Shown: positions 52,384-62,249 of the stretch, in pieces
How the letters are laid out: each line of letters opens with the position of its first letter
How positions within the stretch are numbered: the first letter of the stretch is position 1
Source: an uncultured Chloroflexia bacterium
Lineage (GTDB): Bacteria > Chloroflexota > Limnocylindria > Limnocylindrales > CSP1-4
DNA length: 64,000 nt
Assembly: GCA_963721015.1 (NCBI GenBank)
Contig: CAVRHM010000006.1
Span: 590,484 to 654,483, forward strand
Reading direction: 5' to 3'
Made by a program: the position numbers and the translations under genes
Notes under the pieces: model-generated
Seen by the model: the letters and a program-made list of their open reading frames with translations, nothing else
What the model was told of the DNA's origin: nothing
Database searches by the model: none

Positions 52384-52525
52384 GGTGCGGCGATGCTAGC
52401 AGATGGGTCGGCGCCCTCGGGCGGCGCCTTCGATCGCGATCGGGACTACGATGGCGGGGCAGCGAGCGGCGTCGCGACGGCGATGGGCTCGCCATCCGAT
52501 CCCGTCCTTCACCCGAACGACTCAC

Positions 52526-54799
52526 GTGACCCCCTTCGATCGCCTCGGCCGGTTCACCGTGCGCCACGCACGCCTCGTCATCGGGGCGTGGGGCCTCCTC
52601 CTGCTCGCTGCCCTGCCGCTCGCGCCGCAGGTCCCCGGGGCGCTGTCCGCGGGTGGCTTCATCCTCGACGACCTCGAGTCCGCGCGGGCCAAGGCGACCC
52701 TGGAGACCGAGCTCGGCGCGCCACCGTCGGCCCTCGTCGTCGTCTTCTCGAGCGACACGCTGGTGGCGGGGACGCCGGCCTTCGAGGGAGCGGCCGCCGA
52801 GGCGATGCGGGACGTGCCCCGTGCCCCGCACGTCGCCCGGGTCATCTCGCACCTGCTCCAACCGCGCCAGATCGCGGCCGACGGCCACACCGCCTACGAC
52901 ATCGTCCTCCTGGACCTGCCGCCAGACGACTCACCGGACGCCCTGCCGATCCTGCGCGAGCGGCTGCGGGCCGTGCCCGGCCTCGAGGTCGAGCTGGCCG
53001 GTGGTCCGGCCTTCTATGGCGACGTCCAGGCCGTCTCGGAGCGTGACCTCCAGCGCAGCGAGCTGATCTCCCTGCCGCTGGCCGCCCTGGCCCTCCTGCT
53101 CGTCTTCGGCTCGCTCGTCGCCGCCGGGGTCCCGCTGGCCGTCGGGGGCGCGGCGGTCCTCGTCGCGCTGGCCGCTATCTTCGTCGCCGCGACGCTCACG
53201 CCGATGAGCATCTTCGTCCTGAACCTGGCGACCCTCCTGGGGCTCGGCCTGGGCGTCGACTACTCGCTGCTCATGACCTCCCGGTTCCGTGAGGAGCTGG
53301 CCCATCGCGCCGGCGACGAGGACGCCGTCGCCGAGGCCGTCCGGGTGACCGTCGCGACAGCCGGCCGGGCCGTGTTCTTCAGCGGCCTGACGGTCCTCCT
53401 GGGGCTCATCGGGCTCGTCCTGTTCGAGTTCATGATCCTGCGCTCGGTCGGCATCGCCGGCGCGATCGTCGTGGCCCTGGCCGTCGCCGCGGCCCTGACC
53501 CTGCAACCGGCCATCCTGACGCTGCTCGGTCCTCGATTGGACCGCCTGGCCGTCCGACGGGTCACCGTGGAGCCCGGCGCCGACGGGCCGTGGGCCCGTT
53601 TCGCGCGCCGGGTCATGCGCCACCCCGTCGCCATCCTCGTGCCGACCCTCGCCTTCCTCCTCCTGCTCGGCTCGCCGTTCCTCCACGTCCGGTTCAATGC
53701 CCCGGACTCCAGCGTCCTGCCGGCAGACGTGCCGTCGCGCCAGGCGTTCGACCGGCTTCGGGACGCCTTCGGCGAGGGTGAGTTCGCGCCGATCTCGCTG
53801 GCCATCCGGACCGATGGCCCGGCCACCGACCCGGCCAACCTCGCCGCCCTGTACGCGTACTCGCGGCGGCTGGCCGACGACCCGCGGATCACGCGCATCG
53901 AGGGCCTCGTCGACGTCGACCCGCGGCTGACCCTCGAGCAATACCAGCTCCTGTACGGCGATCCGAACGGCCCGCGCGATCGATTCGTGGCGACCGGCCT
54001 GGCGGCGACGACGCGGGCCGACCTGACGACCTTCACCGTGTTCACGCCCTACGGCCCGAACCGCGACGAGGGTCGAGGCCTGGTCAGCGACCTCCGGGAC
54101 GAGGCCGGGCCGCTGGGACCGCCCGCCGGCGTTGCCGTCCTCGTCGGCGGCGGCGCGGCCGATGTGGCCGACGTCGTCGACCGGGTCGCCCAGGACTTCC
54201 CGCGGACGGCCCTGTTCATCATCGTGTCGACCTATCTCGTCCTGTTCCTGTTGCTCCGCTCGGTCGTCCTGCCGGCCAAGGCGCTGATCATGAACACGCT
54301 GTCCCTGACGGCCAGCTTCGGCGCCCTGGTCTGGATCTTCCAGGACGGCAACCTCAGCGCCATCCTCGGCTTCCAACCGCTCGGCTTCGTCGAGACGACC
54401 CTGCCGGTCATCCTGTTCTGCGTCCTGTTCGGCCTGTCGATGGACTACGAGGTCTTCCTGCTGTCGCGGATGAAGGAGGTCTGGGACCGGACCGGCGACA
54501 ACACGGAGGCCGTGGCCCGAGGCCTGGAGCGCAGTGGTCGCATCGTCACCAGCGCGGCGCTCATCGTCGTCGTCGTGGCCGGCTCGTTCGCGTTCGCCGA
54601 CATCGTCCTGATCAAGGCACTTGGGCTCGGCGTGGCCATCGCCGTCGCCCTCGACGCGACCGTCGTGCGCGCGCTCCTCGTGCCCTCGACGATGCGGCTG
54701 CTGGGCCGCTGGAACTGGTGGATGCCGTCGTCGCTCGAGCGGTTCGTCGGGGCGCACCTGCCGGCGACCGAGGCCGAAGTCGAGGCGGCGGCCCGATGA
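52526..54799 (+). CDS. MMPL family (RND superfamily) transporter
   Basis: Two 6-TM bundles with periplasmic loops. The start is set to the GTG at 52526 (VTPFDRLGRFTVRH); upstream in-frame starts at 52403 and 52451 are also possible. Confidence 0.85.
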   Translation: MTPFDRLGRFTVRHARLVIGAWGLLLLAALPLAPQVPGALSAGGFILDDLESARAKATLETELGAPPSALVVVFSSDTLVAGTPAFEGAAAEAMRDVPRAPHVARVISHLLQPRQIAADGHTAYDIVLLDLPPDDSPDALPILRERLRAVPGLEVELAGGPAFYGDVQAVSERDLQRSELISLPLAALALLLVFGSLVAAGVPLAVGGAAVLVALAAIFVAATLTPMSIFVLNLATLLGLGLGVDYSLLMTSRFREELAHRAGDEDAVAEAVRVTVATAGRAVFFSGLTVLLGLIGLVLFEFMILRSVGIAGAIVVALAVAAALTLQPAILTLLGPRLDRLAVRRVTVEPGADGPWARFARRVMRHPVAILVPTLAFLLLLGSPFLHVRFNAPDSSVLPADVPSRQAFDRLRDAFGEGEFAPISLAIRTDGPATDPANLAALYAYSRRLADDPRITRIEGLVDVDPRLTLEQYQLLYGDPNGPRDRFVATGLAATTRADLTTFTVFTPYGPNRDEGRGLVSDLRDEAGPLGPPAGVAVLVGGGAADVADVVDRVAQDFPRTALFIIVSTYLVLFLLLRSVVLPAKALIMNTLSLTASFGALVWIFQDGNLSAILGFQPLGFVETTLPVILFCVLFGLSMDYEVFLLSRMKEVWDRTGDNTEAVARGLERSGRIVTSAALIVVVVAGSFAFADIVLIKALGLGVAIAVALDATVVRALLVPSTMRLLGRWNWWMPSSLERFVGAHLPATEAEVEAAAR

Positions 54800-56004
54800 G
54801 GCGCAGCGGCCTCCTCGTCCGGCTGGCCGGCCTGGCCGTCAGCGCGATCCTCGTCACCGGCTGCGCGTCGGCCAGTGGGGCCATCCTGGCCAATCCGACC
54901 GCGCCGCGACCCTCCGTCCCACCGCCGACCGCCCCACCGGCTACGGTCCAGGATCCGCAGCCGGTCAGCCTGCCGCGCGACGACGGCCCCCACGACCGGC
55001 TCACCGAGTGGTGGTACTACACCGGCCACCTGCAGGCGACGACCGGCGAGCGACTCGGCTTCGAGTACGTCATCTTCCGCGCCGAGCGCGGCACGTTCCC
55101 GACGACCTGGGCCTCGCACCTGGCCATCACCGACGAGACCGGCGACGCCTTCCACTACGGCCAGCGGCTCGAGGTCGGGCCGGACGTGGACCGCTCGCCG
55201 CGCGATGCTGCCGGCCGACCGACGGGGTTCGACCTGCAGCTGTCCGGCCTGGACCCGACCGACCCGGCGACGGCCGGCCGGCCGGCCTGGTCGATGTCCG
55301 GTCGCGACGGTACCGACGAGCTGCAAGCCGCGCTGGCCCCGGACGAAGCCGCGCTGGCCGGGTCGCCTGGTGGCCTGGGCCTGGACCTGGCCCTCAGCGC
55401 GACCAAGCCACCGGCCCTCCACGACCGCGACGGCTGGATCGACTTCGGGCCGGCCGGCAGCTCCTACTACTACTCGCGGACGGCCATGGACGCCGCGGGC
55501 ACCGTCGTCCTCGACGGTCGCGAGCTGGAGGTCGAGGGCGAAGCCTGGTTCGACCACCAGTGGGGCGACTTCATCAGCGTCGGCGGTGGCGGCTGGGACT
55601 GGTTCGCGGTCAACCTGGAGGACGGGACGGACCTGACCGTCTCGCTCGTCCGGGATGCCGACGGGACGTACCCGCTCGTCTACGGAACCCTCGTCGACGA
55701 CGACGGGACGACCCGCCACGTCGATGCCGCGGGGCTGTCGGTCGAGGTCACCGACCGCTGGCGAAGCCCGACGACCGGGGCCGATTACCCGGCCGGCTGG
55801 CGGATCAGCGTCCCCGTCGAGGACCTGACCATCAACCTGATCCCGACCGTGGCCGACCAGGAGCTGGACACCCGGGCGACGACCGGCGTCATCTACTGGG
55901 AGGGGTCACAGGCCGTCCGCGCGCGGCGCGGCGGTGTGGATCTGGGGGGCGAGGCGTATGTCGAGCTGACCGGGTACGCGGACGGGTCGGCCGCGACGCC
56001 GTGA
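54796..56004 (+). CDS. AttH/CrtC-like lipocalin-fold lipoprotein
   Basis: ATGA overlap with the MMPL gene. Lipobox ILVTGCASA. EWWYYTGHL motif typical of AttH-like proteins. Confidence 0.7.
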   Translation: MRRSGLLVRLAGLAVSAILVTGCASASGAILANPTAPRPSVPPPTAPPATVQDPQPVSLPRDDGPHDRLTEWWYYTGHLQATTGERLGFEYVIFRAERGTFPTTWASHLAITDETGDAFHYGQRLEVGPDVDRSPRDAAGRPTGFDLQLSGLDPTDPATAGRPAWSMSGRDGTDELQAALAPDEAALAGSPGGLGLDLALSATKPPALHDRDGWIDFGPAGSSYYYSRTAMDAAGTVVLDGRELEVEGEAWFDHQWGDFISVGGGGWDWFAVNLEDGTDLTVSLVRDADGTYPLVYGTLVDDDGTTRHVDAAGLSVEVTDRWRSPTTGADYPAGWRISVPVEDLTINLIPTVADQELDTRATTGVIYWEGSQAVRARRGGVDLGGEAYVELTGYADGSAATP

Positions 56005-56007
56005 CGA

Positions 56008-56790
56008 CTACGGCGTCGTCAGGTCCGGCAGGTCCAGGCCGGCCTCGGCGGCCAGCGCCCGGGCTTCCGCATCGAGGGCGATGAGCCCGTCGATCAGGAC
56101 CAGCATCCGCTGGCTGGCCCGGATGTACGCCCCCTCGTTGGTCAGCGAGGCATCCAGGCCGTCCTGGGCCGTCGTCGCCACCGCGGCATAGACCTCGGTC
56201 AGGCTGATCGACAGCGGGACGGCCGTCGGCCAATCCGTCAGCCCCGGGGTGAGTCGATCCCCGAACGCGGCGTTGGCCGACAGGCTCCGCAGGATCCGGG
56301 CGAGGTCGGCGGTGGAGGGCTCGCGGACCGCGAGCACGGCGGCCAGTCGGCCGGCGTCGGTCACCAGCCGCTGGTCGAGCGCGGTGGTCTGGCGCAGGGC
56401 GGAGACGGCGGCGGTCGGGATGGTCGGGGCGATGACCGGGGCAGCCGTCGCGACCGGAGCCGCGGAGGTGTTCGGGACAGCGCTCGCCGCCGGGGCCGTG
56501 TCGGTCACGACCGTCGCCGAGGCGGACAGGGCCATGGCCAGCCCGACCGCGCCGCCACCGACGAGGAGGCCGACGATGAGGCCACCGGCCAGATAGCTGA
56601 GGGCTGTGGTGGCCCGGCCACCCGACAGGAGGCGCGTTCCGCAGCCGGGACAGCGACGCGTTCCGACACCCAGCGGCCGATGGCACGCCGGGCAGTCGAA
56701 GATGTTGGCGTCAGCCTCCCCGATCGGCAGCGCCTCCGACGCTGACGACCTCGACCGACGGCCCTTGCCGGGCAGCGCGTCGATGGTCAT
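56008..56790 (-). CDS. Zinc-ribbon membrane protein, unknown function
   Basis: 260 aa. CPACHRPLGVGTRRCPGCG, then one TM, then an Ala-rich extracytoplasmic domain. Confidence 0.5.
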   Translation of the reverse strand: MTIDALPGKGRRSRSSASEALPIGEADANIFDCPACHRPLGVGTRRCPGCGTRLLSGGRATTALSYLAGGLIVGLLVGGGAVGLAMALSASATVVTDTAPAASAVPNTSAAPVATAAPVIAPTIPTAAVSALRQTTALDQRLVTDAGRLAAVLAVREPSTADLARILRSLSANAAFGDRLTPGLTDWPTAVPLSISLTEVYAAVATTAQDGLDASLTNEGAYIRASQRMLVLIDGLIALDAEARALAAEAGLDLPDLTTP

Positions 56791-56941
56791 GCGAGTCCCC
56801 TGGCAGCCGGCACATCGCCGACCGATGCCCCGGATACTGGACCCGCGCGCGTTCGTGCGACCCCCGGACGATGGTCACGGTCGGTACCAGTGCGCGCTGG
56901 CGCTCGAGCGGCATCGCCCGGTCCGCCGCGATACTCCGTGG

Positions 56942-57346
56942 ATGCGCTTGGAACTGTCCCGCCGTGGCGACTACGCGGTCCGGGCCATGATCGCCCTGGC
57001 AGGATCCGACGGCGGCTGGTCGAGTGCCGGCCGGATCGCCGCCGACATGGCGATCCCGGAACGGTTCCTGCCTCGCGTCCTTCGCGCGCTGGCACGGGCC
57101 GGTCTCATCGAGGCGCGGACGGGCCGGGCCGGCGGCTACCGCCTGGCCAGGCCGGCGGCGGAGCTCAGCCTCCTGGACGTCATCGACGCGATCGAGCCGC
57201 CGGACGAGATCCCACGCTGTGTGCTCCGCGGGATCCCGTGCGGGATCGACGGCCGGTGTCAGGTCCACGACGCCTTCGACGAAGCGCGTCTCGCGCACCG
57301 CGCCCGTCTGGCCGCTGCCTCGCTCGACGCCTACGCCGCGCGCTGA
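56942..57346 (+). CDS. Rrf2 family transcriptional regulator (NsrR/IscR-like, three Cys cluster ligands)
   Basis: 134 aa from MRLELSRRGDYAVRAMIAL. Cys triad CVLRGIPCGIDGRC. Confidence 0.85.
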   Translation: MRLELSRRGDYAVRAMIALAGSDGGWSSAGRIAADMAIPERFLPRVLRALARAGLIEARTGRAGGYRLARPAAELSLLDVIDAIEPPDEIPRCVLRGIPCGIDGRCQVHDAFDEARLAHRARLAAASLDAYAAR

Positions 57347-57412
57347 CGAGACGGGTCACAAGAAAAAGGGGCCGAATGGCCCATCCCAGCTCTTCGGGGC
57401 CGAGCGACTATT

Positions 57413-57433
57413 CGTGTACCAACTTGGTACTCG
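57413..57433. promoter_or_regulatory. Candidate Rrf2 operator upstream of nirK
   Basis: CGTGTACCAA-C-TTGGTACTCG. The core GTACCAAcTTGGTAC (57416-57430) is a perfect 7-1-7 palindrome, 36 nt before the nirK ATG, in an unusually AT-rich spacer. Confidence 0.45.
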
Positions 57434-57466
57434 TTAGTCCGATCCCGACACCGGAGGTGGTCACCC

Positions 57467-58873
57467 ATGCGAGGCCTCACGACTTGCCTCGTCCTCACGC
57501 TCTCGTCCGCCCTGCTGGCCGCCTGCGGCGGCAGCGGATCCGGTCCGTCCTGGACCTTCGGCCCGGCCGGGTCCGACGACCAGCTGGCCAGCGCGAGCGG
57601 CGCACCGCCCGCCGATCACGGCACCAGCCACGAGCCGGCGGCGGCGTCCGGCACGATCACGTTCGAGTCGTTCGATCTCGGCTTCACGCCCGCGAACGCG
57701 TCGGTCGACGCGCCGGGTCGCTACACGGTCGAGCTGCGGAACACCGGCCAGGTGCCCCACGACATCACGTTCCCGGGGGGCGAGCAGGCGCTCGCGAACC
57801 CGGGTGAGACCGCCACCGTCGAGGTCGACATCCCGGCCGACGGGATCACGTTCATCTGCTCGATCCCGGGCCACGAGCAGGGCGGCATGGCCGGCGCCAT
57901 CTCGGTGGCCGGTACGGCCGCCGCGTCGCCGGCCGCGTCGGAAGACGACCATGGCGGGCCGGCCCCGACGACCGACGTCGTCGCCGATCCGAACGCCCCC
58001 GCGCCCGCGACCTACGACGCGACGGCCCCCGCCCGTCTCGAGGGCGAGGTCCACGACATCGACCTGGTCATGACCGAGCAGGAGATGACGGTCGCCCCGG
58101 GCTTCGTCCAGAAGGTCTGGACGTTCGGCGGCACCGTCCCGGGTCCGGTCATCCGGGTCAAGGTCGGCGACACGATCCGCGTCCACCTGAAGAATCCGGC
58201 GGAGAACCAGATGTCGCACTCGATCGACTTCCACGCCAGCCAGGTCGCCTGGAACGACGAGATGCGCTCGATCGCGCCGGGCGAGGAGCTCGTCTACGAG
58301 TGGACCGCAGACTACGCCGGCGTCTGGATGTATCACTGCGGCACCTCGCCGGCGCTCCATCACATCGCCAACGGGATGTTCGGCATGGTCATCGTCGAGC
58401 CGCGCGAGGGCCTGCCCCCCGTCGACAACGAGTTCGCCATCGTCCAGTCCGAGTGGTACCTGGGACCGCAGGGCGAGCCGGTCGACCTCGGCAAGGCCAT
58501 GGCCGCCGCGCCAGCGCCCGACTTCGTGGTCTTCAACGGCGTCGCGAACCAGTACATGGACGCGCCGCTCCAGGTCGGGACGGGCGAGACGAACCGGGTG
58601 TTCGTCCTCGATGCCGGCCCCAGCATCGACAGCTCATTCCATATCGTCGGGACCATCTTCGACACCGTCATCAAGGAGGGCGTGGTCCTCAGCAAGGGCA
58701 ACGACGGGAACTGGGGCGCGCAGGCCGTCGATCTGGCGCCGGCCCAGGGCGCGATCGTGGAGTTCACGACCGCGGAGGACGGCCTCTACCCGATGGTCAC
58801 CCACGCGTTCAACTTCGTCGGGCGCGGTGCCCTCGGCGTGTTCCAGGCCGGCGACGGCGACCCCGCGCCGTGA
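57467..58873 (+). CDS. nirK: Copper-containing nitrite reductase with an extra N-terminal cupredoxin domain (three-domain NirK), lipoprotein
   Basis: Lipobox LLAACGG. N-terminal type 1 Cu site (PHDITF ... CSIPGHEQGGM). Core motifs HSIDFHA and YHCGTSPALHHIANGMFG. Confidence 0.85.
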   Translation: MRGLTTCLVLTLSSALLAACGGSGSGPSWTFGPAGSDDQLASASGAPPADHGTSHEPAAASGTITFESFDLGFTPANASVDAPGRYTVELRNTGQVPHDITFPGGEQALANPGETATVEVDIPADGITFICSIPGHEQGGMAGAISVAGTAAASPAASEDDHGGPAPTTDVVADPNAPAPATYDATAPARLEGEVHDIDLVMTEQEMTVAPGFVQKVWTFGGTVPGPVIRVKVGDTIRVHLKNPAENQMSHSIDFHASQVAWNDEMRSIAPGEELVYEWTADYAGVWMYHCGTSPALHHIANGMFGMVIVEPREGLPPVDNEFAIVQSEWYLGPQGEPVDLGKAMAAAPAPDFVVFNGVANQYMDAPLQVGTGETNRVFVLDAGPSIDSSFHIVGTIFDTVIKEGVVLSKGNDGNWGAQAVDLAPAQGAIVEFTTAEDGLYPMVTHAFNFVGRGALGVFQAGDGDPAP

Positions 58874-58892
58874 GCCGCCCGTTGCGGGCCTA

Positions 58893-58905
58893 ACTGATAC
58901 TCAGT
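58893..58905. promoter_or_regulatory. Small palindrome upstream of the Fur-family gene (possible Fur/Zur box)
   Basis: ACTGA-TAC-TCAGT, 38 nt upstream of the ATG at 58943. Confidence 0.2.
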
Positions 58906-58942
58906 CTCGACAAAGCGCGCCGGGGGCGCTATCGTCCCGGGC

Positions 58943-59383
58943 ATGGTCGACGCCGCCCCGCTGCTCGCCGCCCTCGATCGCAGTGACTACCGGATGACCG
59001 GTCCGCGGCGCGTGGTCGCCGAGCTCGTGGCGGACCAGTCAGGCCACTTCTCCGCCGCCGACCTCGTCGCCGCTTCCAACGCGCGGCGTCTCCGGATCGG
59101 GCGCGCGACGATCTTCCGGACCCTCGAGGTCCTCGCCGACCTCGCCGTCGTCGAGCGGATCGACCTGCCATCGGGCGAGCACGCGTACGTCGCGTGCCAG
59201 CCGAGCCATCACCATCACGTCGTCTGCTCCCGATGCGGGCGGGCGCAGGACGTCGAGGACGCCGGGCTTCGCGCGCTCGTCCGCGACGTAGCCCGACGGA
59301 CCGGGTACACCGTCGACGCCCATCGCCTGGAGCTCTTCGGGCTGTGCCCGGAGTGCCAGGCCACGGCAGGACCGGCGGCCTGA
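58943..59383 (+). CDS. Fur family metalloregulator (probably Zur, given the ZIP neighbour)
   Basis: 146 aa. HHHHVVCSRCG and CPEC metal sites. Confidence 0.8.
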   Translation: MVDAAPLLAALDRSDYRMTGPRRVVAELVADQSGHFSAADLVAASNARRLRIGRATIFRTLEVLADLAVVERIDLPSGEHAYVACQPSHHHHVVCSRCGRAQDVEDAGLRALVRDVARRTGYTVDAHRLELFGLCPECQATAGPAA

Positions 59384-60138
59384 TGCTCGTCCCCGCGCTC
59401 CTCGTGTCGCTGGCGGCATTCGTGTCGACGTACGCCGGCGGCTGGATCGCGCTGCGCGCGGTCCGCTACGTCGGGATCATCATCGCGGTCGGGGCGGGTA
59501 TCCGGATCGGCGCCGCCTTCTTCGACCTCATCCCGGAGTCGATCGAGCACACCGGCTCGCTGGAGGCGGCCATGGTCTGGACTGCGGCCGGGTTCCTGAC
59601 CTTCTACGCCCTCGAGCGGCTGACGACCCTCCATGTCGGCCACGAGACGGCCTCGGAGCTGGACCACGACAGCGAGACCCACCAGCACCTTGGTATCGCC
59701 GGTGTGACCGGCATGGGCGTGCACAGCTTCCTCGACGGCATCGCCCTGGCGGCCGGCCTGGCGGTCGGCGGCGGGCTGGCCATCGTCATCGCGACGGTCG
59801 TCGTCGTCCATCGCTTCAGCGACGGGATCGGGGTCGTGTCGTTCCTGCTCGCCAGCCGCACGCCGACCCGCGTCGCCTACCGCTGGCTGGCGCTCGTGGC
59901 CGCCGCGCCGATCGCCGGGGTCCTCATCGGCCTGATCCTGACCATCCCGGACGTGGCCCTGGGTGCGCTCCTCGGCTTCTTCGCCGGGTTCTTCCTGTAC
60001 GTCGGTGCCACGGAGCTGTTGCCCGAGGCCCACCGCCATGACCAGTCGCGCTTCGTCGTCCTGGCCACGCTCGCCGGGGCGATCGGGATCTACCTGTTCA
60101 CGCTGGTCGTGGCGTCCATCGGCGCGGACGCGCACTAG
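59383..60138 (+). CDS. zupT: ZIP family divalent metal (zinc) transporter
   Basis: 251 aa. HSFLDGIALA and HRFSDGIG motifs. TGATG overlap with the Fur-family gene. Confidence 0.8.
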   Translation: MLVPALLVSLAAFVSTYAGGWIALRAVRYVGIIIAVGAGIRIGAAFFDLIPESIEHTGSLEAAMVWTAAGFLTFYALERLTTLHVGHETASELDHDSETHQHLGIAGVTGMGVHSFLDGIALAAGLAVGGGLAIVIATVVVVHRFSDGIGVVSFLLASRTPTRVAYRWLALVAAAPIAGVLIGLILTIPDVALGALLGFFAGFFLYVGATELLPEAHRHDQSRFVVLATLAGAIGIYLFTLVVASIGADAH

Positions 60139-60148
60139 CCCTGGGCCC

Positions 60149-61084
60149 TCAGGCCTCGAGCGCCGCCTCGAGCTCGGCGAGGGTGGGCATCCCGCCACGG
60201 GCCCCCGGCCGGGTGACCGACAGCGATGCCGCGGCCACCGCCCGGGCGGCCGCCGTCGGGAGGTCCAGGCCGGCTGCGAGCCCGGCCGCCAATGCGCCGT
60301 TGAGGGTGTCGCCGGCTCCGACGGTGTCCAGCGCGTCGACGCGGAGGGCCCCCAGGGTCTGCGACGCCCCGCGCTCATCCAGGCGAGCCCCGTCGGCACC
60401 CAGGCTGACCAGCAGCGCGGCCGTGTCCGGCAACCCGACGGAGCGGAGGACCTCGAGCTCACCCTCGTTGGGCGTCAGGATGTCGGCCGCGGTGAGCGCC
60501 TCCGCATCCAGGCCATCGGCCGGGGCCGGGTTGAGGATCGTCGTCGCGCCGCGGGCACGGCCCAGCTCGAGGGCCGCTCGGCTCGTGGCCGTCGGGATCT
60601 CATGCGAGACCAGCACAACGTCGCCTGGACCCGGCGCGAGGCGGTCCAGGGCGGTGGTCGCGAGGTCCGGCGTCAGGAGCATGTTCGTGCCGCTGGCGAC
60701 GGCGATGAGATTTTCGCCGCGGGCATCGACGAGGATGAACGCGACCCCGGTCGGTCGACCGTCGAGGACGGTGACGCCATCGATGTCCACGCCCTCGCCG
60801 GCCAGGACCCGGCGGGCGCGATCGCCGAAGGCATCGTTCCCGACCGCCCCGACGAACGCGGTCGGCGCCCCGAGGCGGGCGGCGGCGACGGCCTGGTTGC
60901 CGCCCTTCCCGCCGTCATGCTCCACGAGCGTCCCGCCGGTGACCGTCTCGCCGACGCCGGGCAGACGCTCCGTTGTGACGACGAGGTCGACGTTCACCGA
61001 GCCGACGACGAGGACTCGAGACCTCGGGCCGATGGCTCGCAGGCGCGTCGCCTCGGACCTCGGTGCGGGCCCGCCCACGGTCAC
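60149..61084 (-). CDS. rbsK: Ribokinase (PfkB family)
   Basis: C-terminal part of track ORF 60149..62101. GGKGGNQAVAAARLG and DTVGAGDTLNGAL. GTG at 61084 overlaps the stop of the upstream SDR gene (GTGA). Confidence 0.75.
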   Translation of the reverse strand: MTVGGPAPRSEATRLRAIGPRSRVLVVGSVNVDLVVTTERLPGVGETVTGGTLVEHDGGKGGNQAVAAARLGAPTAFVGAVGNDAFGDRARRVLAGEGVDIDGVTVLDGRPTGVAFILVDARGENLIAVASGTNMLLTPDLATTALDRLAPGPGDVVLVSHEIPTATSRAALELGRARGATTILNPAPADGLDAEALTAADILTPNEGELEVLRSVGLPDTAALLVSLGADGARLDERGASQTLGALRVDALDTVGAGDTLNGALAAGLAAGLDLPTAAARAVAAASLSVTRPGARGGMPTLAELEAALEA

Positions 61085-61902
61085 GACCCGGTGACGAACT
61101 CGCCGCCGTCGACGCTGATGATGTCGCCGTTGATGAAGTCGGTGCCGTCGCCGGACAGGGCGAGGATCGCGTTGGCGACGTCCTGCGGCGTCGTCATCCG
61201 GCCCGTCGGATTCCGCTTCATCGTGATGTCGATCATCGTCTGCGACTCGGGGATCTTGAGGAGCGCCGGCGTGACCGTGACGCCGGCTCGGATGCAGTTG
61301 GCGGTCGCGCCGGTGCCATGACGGGCGAGCTCCATGGCCAGCTGGCGGACGTGCGACTCCAGCGCGGCCTTGGCCGACGACACGACGCCGTAGGACGGCA
61401 CGACGCGGGTGGACCCCTCGGAGGTCATCGCATAGATCTTCGAGCCGTTCGCCAGGAAGCCGCCGCGCCACAGGTCCTGGACCCAGTAGACGAGGCTGTT
61501 GGCCATGACGTCCTGGGTCATCTCCATCTTCTTGCGGTCCACGCCGCCCTTGGGGTCCTCGGCCAGGAACGGCACGAGCGAACCGAACGCCAGGGAGTGC
61601 ATGACCACCCGGACATAGGGGTCGCGACCCGCCGCCCGGGAGCGCTCGAAGCGCCCGCCGAGCGCGGCCATGGCGGTCGCGCGCTTCTCGTCGTCGGCGG
61701 CGTTCATGTTGATGTACAGGGCTTCGGACCCAGCGGCCTCGATCGCGGCCTTGACCTCCTCGACGTGGGCCAGGGCCGCCCGGAAATCGAGGTGGATGCC
61801 GCAGATGTTGTAGCCGGCCTTCGCGAGCGTGATCGCGGTGGCCTCGCCCATCCCGGACGACGCGCCGAGGATCAGCGCCCAGCGCTCGCGGTCTTCGGTC
61901 AT
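61081..61902 (-). CDS. SDR-family reductase with Y-x6-K spacing (FabI/FabL-like enoyl reductase)
   Basis: 273 aa. ILGASSGMGEA dinucleotide motif and SYGVVSSAK. Confidence 0.75.
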   Translation of the reverse strand: MTEDRERWALILGASSGMGEATAITLAKAGYNICGIHLDFRAALAHVEEVKAAIEAAGSEALYINMNAADDEKRATAMAALGGRFERSRAAGRDPYVRVVMHSLAFGSLVPFLAEDPKGGVDRKKMEMTQDVMANSLVYWVQDLWRGGFLANGSKIYAMTSEGSTRVVPSYGVVSSAKAALESHVRQLAMELARHGTGATANCIRAGVTVTPALLKIPESQTMIDITMKRNPTGRMTTPQDVANAILALSGDGTDFINGDIISVDGGEFVTGS

Positions 61903-62249
61903 GTCGGTAGAGCCTCCAGGGAGGCGGCGCCGACGGGTGCCGTCGCGCCGCAGGGTGGGTCGGTCGTGGGCGGCCCGAGTCTAGCAGCGGCCGGACGCCC
62001 GCTGACCCGTCCCGTGCAGGCCTGCACGCTCGGATCGCGGTGCCGGGCAAGCAGGGCCCTTCGGCCCCGTCCGGACGTGACTCGCGATGCTTGGACGACA
62101 TCCATCGTCGATCTACCCTGAGCGGCGTGTCGATGCCCGGGGCCCGTGGACCGCCCGGACGGACGGGCCTGGGTATGTCGTCGACGCATCGGCATCGTCG
62201 TCGCGTATCTCTAGCGGGTCTGGACGACGGACCCCGAAAGGCGAATCAC

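Noticed and set aside
60149-62101. A single 650-aa ORF in the track.
   Set aside because: Only the C-terminal 311 aa (ribokinase) look coding. The N-terminal part is a shadow of the SDR gene (61081-61902), which lies in another frame and has clear SDR motifs.
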